Assembly: GCA_040954595.2 (NCBI GenBank)
Contig: CM082579.2
Location: 7,367,625 to 7,431,624 of the forward strand
From: Balanoglossus misakiensis
Lineage: Eukaryota > Animalia > Hemichordata
Direction: 5' to 3'
Length of the DNA: 64,000 nt
Numbering within the stretch: the stretch's first letter is position 1; each line of letters opens with the position of its first letter. A program made the translations under genes and the position numbers. The notes under the pieces were generated by a model. It was not told the DNA's origin, did no database searches, and saw only the letters and a list, made by a program, of their open reading frames with translations. Below are positions 13,271 through 26,300 of this stretch, piece after piece.

Positions 13271-13567
13271 TACAGCCATGTTGCAGCCTGGATTGTGAGA
13301 CTGAAAACACGCGGACAAAATTCCTCTCCGGCGATCGACCGTCGGAAACTGACACGGACTCTGTACAAACTTTCATTCGACAAAGCAGGGTAAAACGAGA
13401 ATGATTTTATACAGCCATGTTGCAACGTGCAGGAAAACACGCGGCAATGTAGTGTACAAAATTCCTCGCGATCGCATATCGACCGAAACTGCAACGGACT
13501 CTGTACATTACAAACTTTCTCTCGACCAAGCAGGGCAGGGTAGGATAAAACGAGAATGATGTTTTAT
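13271..13567. repeat. Diverged two-unit tandem duplication (~140-155 bp)
   Basis: TACAGCCATGTTGCA...GAAAACACGCGG...ACAAAATTCCTC...ATCGACCG...ACGGACTCTGTACA...AAGCAGGG...TAAAACGAGAATGAT occurs at 13271-13409 and again at 13410-13567. Confidence 0.8.
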
Positions 13568-16500
13568 ATTGTAACGTTTCTTTTCATCACCAGAAATTAA
13601 TGGTTTTAATTAAACAGTTTTTTTGTTATACAAAGAACTCAATTGTGTGCTCCAATTATTTCTACGATAACAGCTTGTACACTGAGTGTAGTACTTTGGA
13701 GAAAGTTACGTTTGACTTTGAGAAAGTTTCCCCTTCGTCATCTAGCTCCATGGTTACGTGTACTCTGCGACGCCCCCTTGCGTTGACCCATTTCACTCGA
13801 ACTAATCTTTGTTATGTTGCTGCACATACGCACAGTTCCGGTGTTGCTTGCGGCTAGTAGTTGCGAAGCTCGCAAAGCAGGGTGTTCCCCGGTAGAATTC
13901 GGATCAGCAGCTCCGATCCAGACACGAAGCTCTCAAGAAGTCGCGGAAAGACCAAGAAGTGGCATGTTGATTCTATAAAAAGGTATGTCGGTGACATCCA
14001 TCGAGTAGTCATAGAATAGTGTGTGCAGTGCAGTCGCTTCGTTGCTGTCTGCAGGATCCCGCCGCGCCGAACTTGAATTGCTCAGGTCAAATACTTCTGG
14101 TATCTTATTTGATATCAGCAAGGCATCTTGTTCAGCTGCATGTTGTGAAGATCTCGCACAAAGAGCATCTTAGATCTCGTATACACCACTGGCAAAGTTC
14201 TCTCGTTCATAGTTTACGTTGACAAGAGTTGAATTCTTCATCATCACCAACACATGATCACGACATCTGTCGATTGGCCTGTATTTTCACAAACTTTTTG
14301 TTCGCTACTATAAAAACAGTATCACTGACGCTGATCATAACCGCATAATCATCAACTTCGAGTGCCGCTAAGTCGCTATATGTCCCCATCGACCCGCACA
14401 TCATCTGTGCAGGTCATTTTACCATTGAGTGAAACCTACATGCAATAGACATATAGACACATAACATGCATAAGAGTCTGTCACACCACTGTATATACAG
14501 TACAGGTTGCATGTGTACATATTGTAATTAATGTGTCTGTCACCCGGCCAAGGGAACATACCTGTGCGTAGCCGAGTCAGAAGTTATCCCCTGTAATTGT
14601 TCAAAATAAAAAGTAAACATGCCGGCATGTTTGGAGAGTAAAGTTTCCAAATGTTGGGAATTTGACTGTTATGTTAGTTTAATAATATAGAGCACTATGG
14701 TAACGCAGCATATAAGGACAATGACACCAAACTATGTCACATATTTTCATGTGCCTGATATGTGTGGTTTTAACCTTTCCTATGCTATATCCGGACGACT
14801 ATATGCAACACCGAGGCCAGTGAAATAACATTCACACAACAAATTTATATATATGTACAGACCATTGTTAGTGTTATACAATTTTAATGATGAGAAAATA
14901 AATAATACTACTAGACATAAATAAATATTGCTAAGCATTTAATTAATCCTGCCTGGGGAGCCCAACAAGAAACCATGGTTGATGAAAATCAGATAGTGGA
15001 GCATTAATTATCCACAAATGTGTTTATTTATTCACTTAATGAGATTATTAGTTCATTACTTAGGGAGAAGTGATTATTTCTAGATTGGCCTATTACTAAA
15101 AATGGCAGGATATCAGATTGTTAAAGGTCAGACAATGTTTCACCAGATTTCAATAATGAGAGTGCTGAAAAATTGCCTATTGATTTCCGATATGGATGAA
15201 AAGTGTTTTTCATGCTGTGGGTTAGGGGGGGGGGGGGGTCAGGACATTGAAGGGTACCCAAATGACTATAGCAGCAATTGTAGTTTTAGAAATCAATTTG
15301 ACAGTCCTCCACTAGACGTTCATTGTAAACAAAGTTCTCGATTCTTCGGGGTTTGGTGAACTGTGCACTATTGGTGGATGACCCCAAAAAAGGTTTATTG
15401 TATTTGGGGTACATTCATAATTCAAATCACATATCGTCTGTCTGGTTGTGGAGCCAAGCTCCGGGATGGTGCAGTCGCTACTCAGTTTGCTTAATGGATT
15501 TCGTCCATTGATCACTGAGAAAATGAACAGTAGAAAGGAAATAGGTGAACAATGCCATGTCTATCACAGCTTTTACGTAGTCTTCGTCTCTCTATCATGA
15601 CATTGTCCACAAGATGTTTGGGATCCATGAAGGGACTATCTAAATTCCTTGTGTGTGCTCTTAATTCGCTGCAAATGATCACTTTTACAAACACCCAGAG
15701 ATCTTTCTGTGAAAAAAAAACATGTTTGTAAAACTGCATTGAGTACACTTGTGTGACTGGAGACTGAAAATCAGTGAAAGTGATGAAGGAACTGCACTTT
15801 TCATGCCTACTAAACTGCTCGGAGAATGCCCTGTCATTTGAACCCAGCCCTTCCCATTTGAACCCAGCACTTCCAGTGGACGATCAGGGCATTTACCTCT
15901 GGAACGCCTACCAACCTGACGTTTCCCACCCGTAAGTGAGGGTTGGGGCCAGGATTATAGGGTAACACATCCGGTAGATAAAATGCCCATGTGGTAAGCG
16001 GTCCTGGAAACCATGATTTCAACCGTTGAAGGTTGTGGGTGTCACAGAAACCATGCAGTGCAGTGTTAAGGGGCGGGGATGTATCTGACCTGCACATTTG
16101 CAACTTTCCTCATGCATGTATGGAAGAAGAAGAAAATTGGATTCACGTGAAGAACAGGAAATTAATTGACATTATGTGAAGAGTACGCAAAAATATACCA
16201 CTATTCCCAGGCTCTCTCGAAACTGGACAGACATAATTGCATTACTGGAGACATACTGACTGTCTTGTATACGTGACGCACAAACTCTCAAAGTGGATCA
16301 GCCTGCAGTCATTCTTGTTTGGAGGGCTCTCGAAATGGTTAGCTGTAAATATGAGATTATTGTCCTTCGAAAGTGAAATAATAGTTTGGTTTGTAAATCT
16401 GACGTAGCTACTGGTACACTTGTGCACATTGTGGGTCAATAAACTGTGATAGGTCGAGCCACACAAACTGCCAAAAGTGGCAATGATTTTTTTTTTTGAG

Positions 16501-18386
16501 CCTTTGGGGTGAAAAAACTAAATGAATATCAACTGTGATAAAAATACCTTAGAGGTTATTCCTGGATTTTATTTATAACCTTGTGTCGTAGAATGGCACT
16601 TAAGCACAGGCAAAATGTAATTTTGTGCTGTAATTTTATAACTGCAGTTATGATTATGTGGCAAATTTTGAGGGGAAAAAATGACTTGCCCAGGTTGCAT
16701 TAATTTATCAATTTGAAGAAAGCTGTACGGAGTTCCGAGTAATTGCATGAAATGTGGCGCGTTTGATTCGGACCTTTGCCATCTGTTAACAAAATCATAA
16801 TTGTGTAAAGACAAAAATGATTAAGTCTTCATCAGCCACAGGAAAGTTAGCCAGGCTCTGAATGTTGATTACGTACTAACAACAAATCACTGTGTACCCT
16901 CGAGGCGTTTTGTTCCAAGCCCCAGTGGATGTCTTTGCCTGTGAATGGAAAGGAATTTGATCAATTTACATATCAAACAACGAAGGAATCTCCCCAATTG
17001 TCTAGATATCCCTGGAAGCATGCGTTTGCACACAGTAGTGATGTGTGTGTGTGTGTGTGCAGACACAGTGACATATTTGTATCTGCGATCCACCAAAATA
17101 GATGGCATGGCAATGGCTTATACAGATGTGTCGCCATCTGTCTGGATAAATATTCTCAGTACAGCTGTGTGACCTTCATCACCACCTGCATCGCAGTCCG
17201 GCATATTTTTCATCAATATTTCACTGGGTAGGCAATTAATCTTTTTGAAAATATATACTTCAATCAACATATATGCAGGTGTGGATGGATACAGCAGGTT
17301 GTAATGAATTAAATAAAATGCTATCTTCTCTCTTACCCATGCGTCCATCAGGTAATACTCTATTTCCAAACCTGCTGAAGTTAAATAGTGATGGTACCGG
17401 TATAGCCTGTCTCCGAGTTCTCGATTCATCAAGACCTTGAAACCTTGACAGACATTCCCTTGTCAGACGTTCGTACCACAACAGAATGATATAACTCACA
17501 GGTATTGCATTAGACCGGTGTAAACACAAGCCAGAGATAATAAATGGTTGGTTTTAAGCTCTTAGCAAGCTTGTAAAACAGAGAAGGGTTATGAAGGAGT
17601 GCACTGGGATAGAATACCTAACTATCAGTGGACTTGAAATCCGACAATAAGGTGAATGTAGTATGTACAGTAGATATACTGCTCAGACAACTGCATGTCC
17701 TTATCACTATCACTATCAGTCACAATGTGCAACCAAATGTAGGTTGGTGTTTAGAAAAAATACAAGGTTTTCTTTATCAGATAAGAATGTGGTGTATTCT
17801 GAGGTGTGAGTTCATTTTATTTCTCATCATAGTAGATTGGGGAGTCACAGATAAGATACTGTTTTGATAGGACACTGCTCTGTCTGTCAGTGTCAGTGTT
17901 AGTTTTTAGGAACTGTTGCCTGACCAGGCAATAGATCATTGACTGACACAAGAAGCTGGGTACAATGTACACATACATGTACACGTACACTGTATAAGTG
18001 GCTGAAAGGCCAGTGTTGACTGGGAAAAAAAATTGTACTGACTGGGAAAAAAAATTGTACGTATCCTGTTGAATCCATGTTCTAATGGCAACAAGGATGC
18101 CACCTCCTGGGAACAGTGTCTCTTACACGACAAGGACGGATGTAGCTGACCAGGCAAAACTCGAAACTTCCTTTACTTGTGGGAATTTCCTCTTGATATG
18201 TCCAGGAAATTAATGACATTTGGGGAATATGATTAATACTTTCAAGGTCTTCGCTTTATCCTGAGACAGCACTTGGCCGTCGATTTTCAGCCAGTAGAGT
18301 AGTGAATGGTATTTAATGCATGAATGTAAATGTTTGGCATGTGTGTTCGAAACTTTGCTTTTGTCATGAAAAATGCAGTTATGTTG

Positions 18387-18557
18387 TACTCTAAAATGGG
18401 TTATTTTCAGGAGCAATAAATTTCCGCGAAATACGCGAGAGCCAAAGAGACGTGAAAATAAAAAGTCACGTAAAATGATTTTCAGAATTAACGATGCAGT
18501 TAGTGAAATACGAGAACGCGAAAATTTCCTGTCGCGAAAATAACCCGTTTTACAGTA
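18387..18557. mobile_element. TA-bounded MITE (TA CTGT...ACAG TA type)
   Basis: Left TACTCTAAAATGGGTTATTTTC versus the reverse complement of the right end GAAAATAACCCGTTTTACAGTA (2 mismatches in 22); internal CGCGAAA motifs. Confidence 0.7.
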
Positions 18558-19703
18558 TTTCTACACATGTTATTGGCGGCTGATGAACAGCGGAGAATCA
18601 GACAAGCGTTTAGGGCTGTGAGAGCCAGAGCACACACTCTCTCCCAGAATAACAATTAATACACATAGCTATAGTCCATTCAATAAGCTTGCATAGTTGA
18701 GATAAGTAGCAAACCTGACTTCTGTGCTGTCGCACAAAGGTGAGGTATGCCTGTTATGTTATGAAGGTTATTTTGGGGCTAATGAAAGATGTGATGGCTG
18801 GCTTATCAAGGCCATTTATTGGCTTATGATCAGAGCACAAAGGTGTGATTAAGGTTAGAAATCATTTGTATTTAAAGCAGATCATTTCTGTCTCTCCATA
18901 TGTACATATGTAAAGTCTCTCTGTTTGTACATGCATGTAGACCTCGTTAGATTTTTGTGCTATCTGAAATTTTTAGTTTTTTTAGCAAATTTTTGTTATT
19001 TGTGTATGTCATTTGCTTATTTATTTTGTTGTATTTTTTATACATGACTTATTTGCTCAGTAGGAGTTAATTCCTAGTGGTATATCAAAAATCACAGTGC
19101 TCAGTAGCATGATGTATCCTAGTCTGTACCGGTATACATGTATACATGTATGATAATAATTTTCATGTTTTCTCCAATGTCTTAGTTCATTATACTAGGA
19201 AAGTACAGGGCACACCTTTCTAACATGCCCACATTTTCATTCACGGTCACTAGATAGACTGTCTGTGATAAAAGACGCATACTGCAAGTATTAAATGGAT
19301 GTGTGTTTGAAAGAAGGGAGGAAGAAAGGAGTTAATAACTGTTAAAGGTTAGATTGCATCTGTGTATAGCCTTTGGCGATTCGAATATGGGATTCTATCA
19401 TCAAGCAACCATCAAGATTTGAAGGCCTTTCATTCAGACAATATATAGTACTACTGATACATACGCACACACATGGTTCCTCGTTGGTCTAAGCTGTTGT
19501 CATTGGAAATCAGTGGTGATGAATATCCACCAAGTAACCACAGGGGACAAAATCAACATCTTATACTAATAACTTTCTGTCGTAATGTGGGCATTCTATC
19601 ATACAATCCAATTTTTCCAGTACACTGAGACCAAATAAGTCTTATGTGTCTTATACCAGTGACTGAATTAGCCTTCTTTCTATTTTTGGCTGGGTAGAAC
19701 TGC

Positions 19704-19746
19704 ATTCATTCATTCATTCATTCATTCATTCATTCATTCATTCATT
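19704..19746. repeat. (CATT)n microsatellite
   Basis: About 10 perfect CATT units. Confidence 0.9.
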
Positions 19747-19867
19747 TGCCATGTATTACGATTAGACTCTCTCACAGCCCCTGGTTTACCTCACAGGTTT
19801 GGTTCTCTGCTGTACACTGATAACCCCCAAACAAGGGACTGAGCTACTGCTAATAATATCATGGGAT

Positions 19868-20390
19868 GATGTAGTAACTGAAACATCTCCCTGACTAGTA
19901 CTACTTGCCTGGCTGATAATAGACTTGGCTTAGCCTTGCCATAAGGTTGAATTACGGTAGCAAGCAAGAGGTCTGTGAAAGAATCTAGCCATCTATGGCA
20001 TGTCCCTTTTCAATTCAAGCTATTTTGTAGCTCAGCTATTTCAGTATTCTTCACCCTCGGTATGTAGTTTTGTGTCTTAATTGAACTTCACCTTGACCAA
20101 ACTACAGGTAGGTCAAGGTAGTGCTAATAATACATGTACATGTACATGTAGTCTGATGTCCAAGTGACGTAGTGAAACCTCTCACTGACAGTGACAAGTA
20201 CTTGCCTGGTTGAGATACATGTTAACTTGTTTAGCCTTGGCAGAAGGTAAGGGGTGTCTGTGAGAGTCATGTAAGGCATGTCCCTTCACTTCAAGTCCAA
20301 TTCCAAGGGCGACAGATAGAGTACATCGTGACCCTCAGTATGTAGTCTTGTGTCTTGAAGTTGAACCCTACCGGACCTTGACCCAACTAC
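19868..20390. repeat. Old two-unit tandem duplication (~230 bp)
   Basis: Blocks TACTTGCCTGG, TTAGCCTTG, TCTGTGA, GGCATGTCCCTT, ACCCTC.GTATGTAGT.TTGTGTCTT and CCTTGACC.AACTAC recur in the same order at ~19868-20105 and ~20167-20390. Confidence 0.75.
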
Positions 20391-23300
20391 TGAGAGAGTC
20401 TGGTGTCTGGAACTTGACACTCAGAGTGCCCTCAATCAGTATGCTGCCCCTCACCGTGGCTTCAGGACAAGAAGTAATCCCTTTACGATTATCAAATTAC
20501 AGAGATCATTGAGTCACACGGGTCAGTTTAGTTGACATGCATACATGTATCATTGCATATCAGTCCCATTGTATTGGGTTTCAGCTGCATGATCAGTCTG
20601 CTGTAGGTTAATTTGCTCCAGTGTTAGCCTTATTGCTGTATTGCAGGGACACTGACTACATGTATATTGCTGTAGTTGTAACATATGATAAGTAGAGGGA
20701 TACTTAAGAACTATATATCAACCCTGTATATATCCTTAAAATACAGTGCCTTTTTCAGCAACAAGATTAGACATTTAGTATGAAATGCCCATGGATGCAT
20801 TTGAATTTATAGGTTGATATAAAAAATGATAAATGGGCATTTTTGAGCCAAATTTTACCCTGGGCTGTAATTATTCATTTCCTAAAACTAACAATATTTG
20901 TAATGTAGTCATTTCCAAGCAAAAATGTAAAACTTTTATCAAAAGAAATAAAGTGAAAGCAAAAAGTGCCTCATAGTGTGGATATCATTTTTGAAGTAAC
21001 CATCATACATTTTTGAGACCCACCACCCCTACTGCTGAAACATACGAAGAATGGAATGGCCCAGCGTCCCCCTGATTGGCTGATACTTCCGAACTTCCAC
21101 GGCAGGAAATTGCAGACACATGAATTCCCCCATGTCACTGAATATTACTCTGCATTGTACCAAGAACACAATTGCGAGGCGTTCCTGTTGAAAAGAAAAG
21201 ATACCACGGCACTGGAAATAATCACAGGCGTCTCCTTTGCTGCCAGTCGTCGCACGTACCATACACAGAGAGTCCATATTTTGACACGCATCTCCCGTAT
21301 CATTGGTTTGTTTCAGAGAGAGGAAAAACCGCATTGTTCTGTGAAGATTCGGATTAATCGAACTGACTTATGACGAGAAATCGATCACACAGATTCACTG
21401 CCACCAAGAGCCCTGTGCAAGTTTCGTGCCCGTTCTGGTGAGCCAATATCTGATATTCGAGTTCCACTGGTGGTTGAGTTTACGACTGGCATATTTTTAT
21501 GACACAGTTATATTACATATTTTTATGATCCATTTGCTGTATAGGATATGCTTTTGTCAATCAAATGAGAACTGGAAACGTTACAATTGTTAAACATTGC
21601 AATTTTTCAGATTTCTTGTTTGCAGCAGAGATTGGGGTTTCCAAGTGAAAAGTAACGTAACTACATTGTACGAGACAGCTTCCAAAAGCATTTTGTATGC
21701 ACGATTCACGGGGAAGAAAATTATGTAATGCAATTGAGAAAATAGCAGGATTTCTGGTTTCCAATTCTAATGGAAATGCAGTGCCAAGGGACATGTTTGC
21801 TGAAATCTACTTCTCAGCAAAATCCCATTGAGGGAAGTGTTGCGAAGGAGAATAACATTCATTCACTATTTTTTTTCCATTTCGGGTGCTGAATTCGGTT
21901 TAGTTTTCTTCAAAACACAAATTTCACAACCGTCGCCACCTGTCTTCATGGCAGTGATTTTTTTTTTTTTTTGGATTCTTCGTTCCCTTTTCAAAATTGA
22001 TCAGTTTTCAAGGCCGCTGGTGTTTTGGTATGCGCGCCTTTGTACCTGATGGACCTTCCTTTTGTCGGGGGATGAGCGGATCTGCTGTTGTATCACCATA
22101 GTTTTAGCCCCTGTGTCCCGCACCACCATTGTTCTTCTGAAGAACAAAGACCCATTAGTTTCTGAATTCATAATGCGACCGTGATTGGCAGTGACTGATT
22201 TAGGAAGTCGCAGGCAGCTGCAGTCGTGGACGTTGCGTGGTTGCATTGGGCGGCGAGGCATTTTGATGGCCTTTGAAAGCGATTTAGTTTTGACAGCTCA
22301 TAATTTAGCAAATGATACCGCGTTTAATAATACCCCTGATTGTGTTGTGATTTTGAATCTAATGGCTTGATCCCGTTAATGCGGAGTAACATAACCAGGT
22401 CAAATGCAACCTTAAGGGTGTAAAATGTTCGCTCTAAAATATAATATTAATGGCAATGGATATATATTTAACCATTTTTACATGATTTTCCCGCAGAAGA
22501 GTTTAACCAGATATCGAATATTGCAGAACCGAAGGTTTAAAGGAACACACTGTAACTTCATCTTCATTTGGTACAAAACAAAAGCTGAAAAAAATCGCCC
22601 AAAGCAACAGCTACATTCTCGCTAAAATCACTGTTTGTCGATCACTAAATACAAAGTACAACGATTGCCACAGATATTAAATTTATGTTTCAAATTTCAC
22701 TTACAGAAGTAATGATCGGGAATATACAAGATTTATTACCTGAGGTCTCATGTTTGTGAAATCATTTCAGCATATAAATTTAGAGTATAGCTTTTGAGAT
22801 TTGTCACATGTGATGATAAATGCTATCATCAGTACTTGACCTAAGACATTTTTCTTTCAATTATGCGCTAGAACCACTGTGAGTTTGTTCAATTCTACAC
22901 TGCATCGTAGTGTCAGGGGAAAAATCCACAGTCTGTTGCTAAGGAAATAAACTTTTAGTTTTACAAACAAAAGGATACGAAATAATGCTATAAACTGTTC
23001 ATTCCGGTGATCTTGCATTTTAAAATATGCCTATATATAATAGCTCATTTCATGATATATGATACAATATTTTCAGAGGGGAGGTGTTAAAACAATTAGA
23101 GATTAATGTAATATTTGCAATTTTGTACAGCGGTCGTTTTCCAAAACTTCTGCAACCACAGACCGCTGAGAACAATGGCCGGTGTTGCAACAAAGGAAAT
23201 ACAGGCATCCTTCAGTTCACAATGCATTTGCTGTTACCTATAGATAAACTTATTAAAAATAAGTGTTACATAATACCGTCAAATATTTCAGTGCTTTCCC

Positions 23301-26300
23301 AACAGTTCCCACGGTCAATTTGATTTAGATTCAAAATACCAGGTTGACCATCCAATTTTATCCTTTTGACCGAAGTATGCGCAAAATTTCATGAAAATGA
23401 CAACAGTAGAAGTGAGTGTTTTTTCTTGGAATTATCCAATGTACATCCTAGAGGAAGAGACAAATTCCATGAGCTCATATTGTGCATACATCCTTAACTC
23501 TCATCTTTTCAATAGAATACTGTTTTAGATTAGCACTTGTGTCGTACACTGAGATATACTGTAAGCTAGATGAATATCAGCATAAATACATATCATGTAC
23601 CTCTTTTCTGTATCGCAAACATTGATTAAAAAATTGACCCAAATCTAGATCTGTCATGTACTAGATTATTGTACAGTATCCCATTTCCGTATAGTCACAG
23701 CAGTCATTATAAGTGGGTTAAAATGATTTCTATTGATTATTTTAGTGCAGTGAATGGAACCATTGAAACAGTAAAATGAAACATGTTTAATGACATTTAT
23801 TGATAATTTCATTATTCAAACATATGAAGCACGATGTTTTAGTTTCAATTTCTGATCACCGAGCTGCTCAGTTGTTTCAGTCGCTTCTGAAACTGTTTCA
23901 TATGTACCGGTACTGACATTTTTTATAGTACATCTTTCTATGTGTTTATGCAAGTGGTGTGTTAGTAATGCAGTTCAGTTGACAGAATTTTCAGTTTCAC
24001 CTATTGCCACATGTACGTATAGGATTCATTTGTCTGTGCATAAAACATTTAACATCTGTACAATTTAAAGTGGCACATGTATCGCGATATATCACCCATT
24101 AAGCAAGTACATGTACATATGAATTTGGGAGGACATGTATAGTACTTTCCAGACAGATATGGACATTAGTAGCTATGCAAATTTATAGTATAAGATTAGA
24201 TTGTGATATGATAGGTGTACGAGGTACAATGTAGATCTGAAGCAAAGACTTTTCCGAAAGAGTGTTTTAAAAACTACATTAAACTGACAGAAGTGTACAG
24301 GTTGAAGGGATAAACAGCAAATATTTATTCAAAGAGAATGGCTCTGTCGATTGAGTGGATGACTCGGTTAACATACCGAAGAGATAAAGGAAATTAAATT
24401 GCATTGACGTGAGTAGTGCTGAGTGAATAGACAAGTTACTGTCAGTTGTGGTATAGTGAGTGAATGTCACAATAACAGACCCATATTTTACGGTGCTCAG
24501 TATAAAGACCTCACTGTGTTCCAGATGTCTCACGTATGTTGTCAACTGTGTATACCAGTGTTATTGGTTGTCCTTCCAACACTATCCATTGAATGCTTCG
24601 TTATAAAAAGTGTCAATGAGCCGATCTGAAAAATGACATGGACCTTTTGACCGGGGAATGCCTGCTGATGTTATTCTGGTAGTCTGAGTGAAGGACTGGT
24701 CCCATGTATGTGTACTGAGTATTACCGTACATTGAACCTATGCTCCACCAGAATAATTCATTTGGGTGACAGTACATGTATTTTATTTTTGCAAATGAAG
24801 GAATGTCTCGCTATATTGATTAAAAAATCAAGAAAATTATCGATAAAACAGAATTCAGCAGCCACTTTGATTTTCAGTAATTTGGAAATTATTACCGGTA
24901 GGTCATCACCTCTTGATTGTACTAACACTGATTTTTCTGATGAGTTTAAAAGGGATTGAATGTGTAAAGCTGCATTAAGTGCCACTAAGTTGTCAACAGT
25001 GCTTAAGCAAGTGAAGTCTGCCCAGACACAATATGACCTTAGATTGACCTGAAGAACCCCCACTATCATAACAAACTAAGCACATTAACAGCTGAGGCTG
25101 GATATAAAAACCTAGCTCCATCTGACAGCTCAGTGAAAGCTGTACTTTTGACCTCTCATTTATAAAGCAACCTACTCAGAGATTTCACTGGCCTTTCTTT
25201 TTATCAGTGTTGAAACGACCGAACTCCAGCAGTTTTCTACATACTTAAAAATTTGGCAAGTTTCAAGGTTTATTTGTGTGGCATGTATACAAGTTTAATT
25301 GTTTTCAGACTGGCAGCTTTTGGAGGACGTGAAAGTCATTGTCACACTGAAATCTGCCAGTAGCTTATAACCCAAAATATACACTTGTTTTGGGCCGGTT
25401 TTTATCATCAAACATCGCAGGAGAATAGGCATATCATTATAAGGGCCAGAACCCCTTTAATTTATTTGGTTTTGAATCAAAATTTCTTTTCGAGCATCAA
25501 TGTGTTGGTTTTAATCTCCTACAGAGTTGTCTTTTGGGACTGTAGGGTTTTCGACGCCTTAGTTTTATTTGAGAATGCCCCCTAGACAGATTAATTGGAG
25601 AGTGTACAGTTTAGGACCCCTGCATAGTTTTCGGTTGTAGTCTTCAAGTGAGAGTGTACTATTAGAACCCCCTAGATAGTGTTCATTTACTTGGTTTCCA
25701 TTCACTGCCTGTGAGGCATTGATATTTGATAATCATAAAACAGGCTACACTAGGAATTGCCCAGACAACACTGGACCATTACGTTTGGAATTTCATTTCA
25801 GCATACCTGCATGCTGCGCGCACTACTAAGTCATCTGTTTTATGCGTTGCGAACAGGATGTAGTATACAAAATGATGCAGGAATTGGATGAGAAGTGAGA
25901 TGTTATTTGGTTGTCTGCTAGAGCTTTTGCAGTGTGGACTTCATTAGCGTCCTCCTGTTCACAGCTTTTCCAAAGCACGCTATTGAAATAAAGTGGCATC
26001 ATTCTGATCAGTCAGCCGAGATAGCTGCATGGAGCGAGGCGTATATCCACGATCTGAAGGTTTTCTAATGAAAGACAGAATTCATATAATGCATCATGGG
26101 GATAGATAGATAGATAGATTCAGCTTAAGCCACCATGCTGAGGTGCTTGGCTATTAGACTGTTTGAATGCCCGATACGTCCATCCATAACAGATTTTTCA
26201 GTCCACCGAATCCGCTTGACACGCGGTGATGGGATTACCGCTCCATCAGATTTGCACAGCAGTTTGTGCGGATGCAAACGTGTGCATGCACAATTGTTGC

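Noticed and set aside
20850-23450. Possible large non-autonomous DNA transposon with THAP-like scraps (KCLAAQCNH on the minus strand near 22260)
   Set aside because: No matching TIRs/TSD or convincing domain could be defined by eye.
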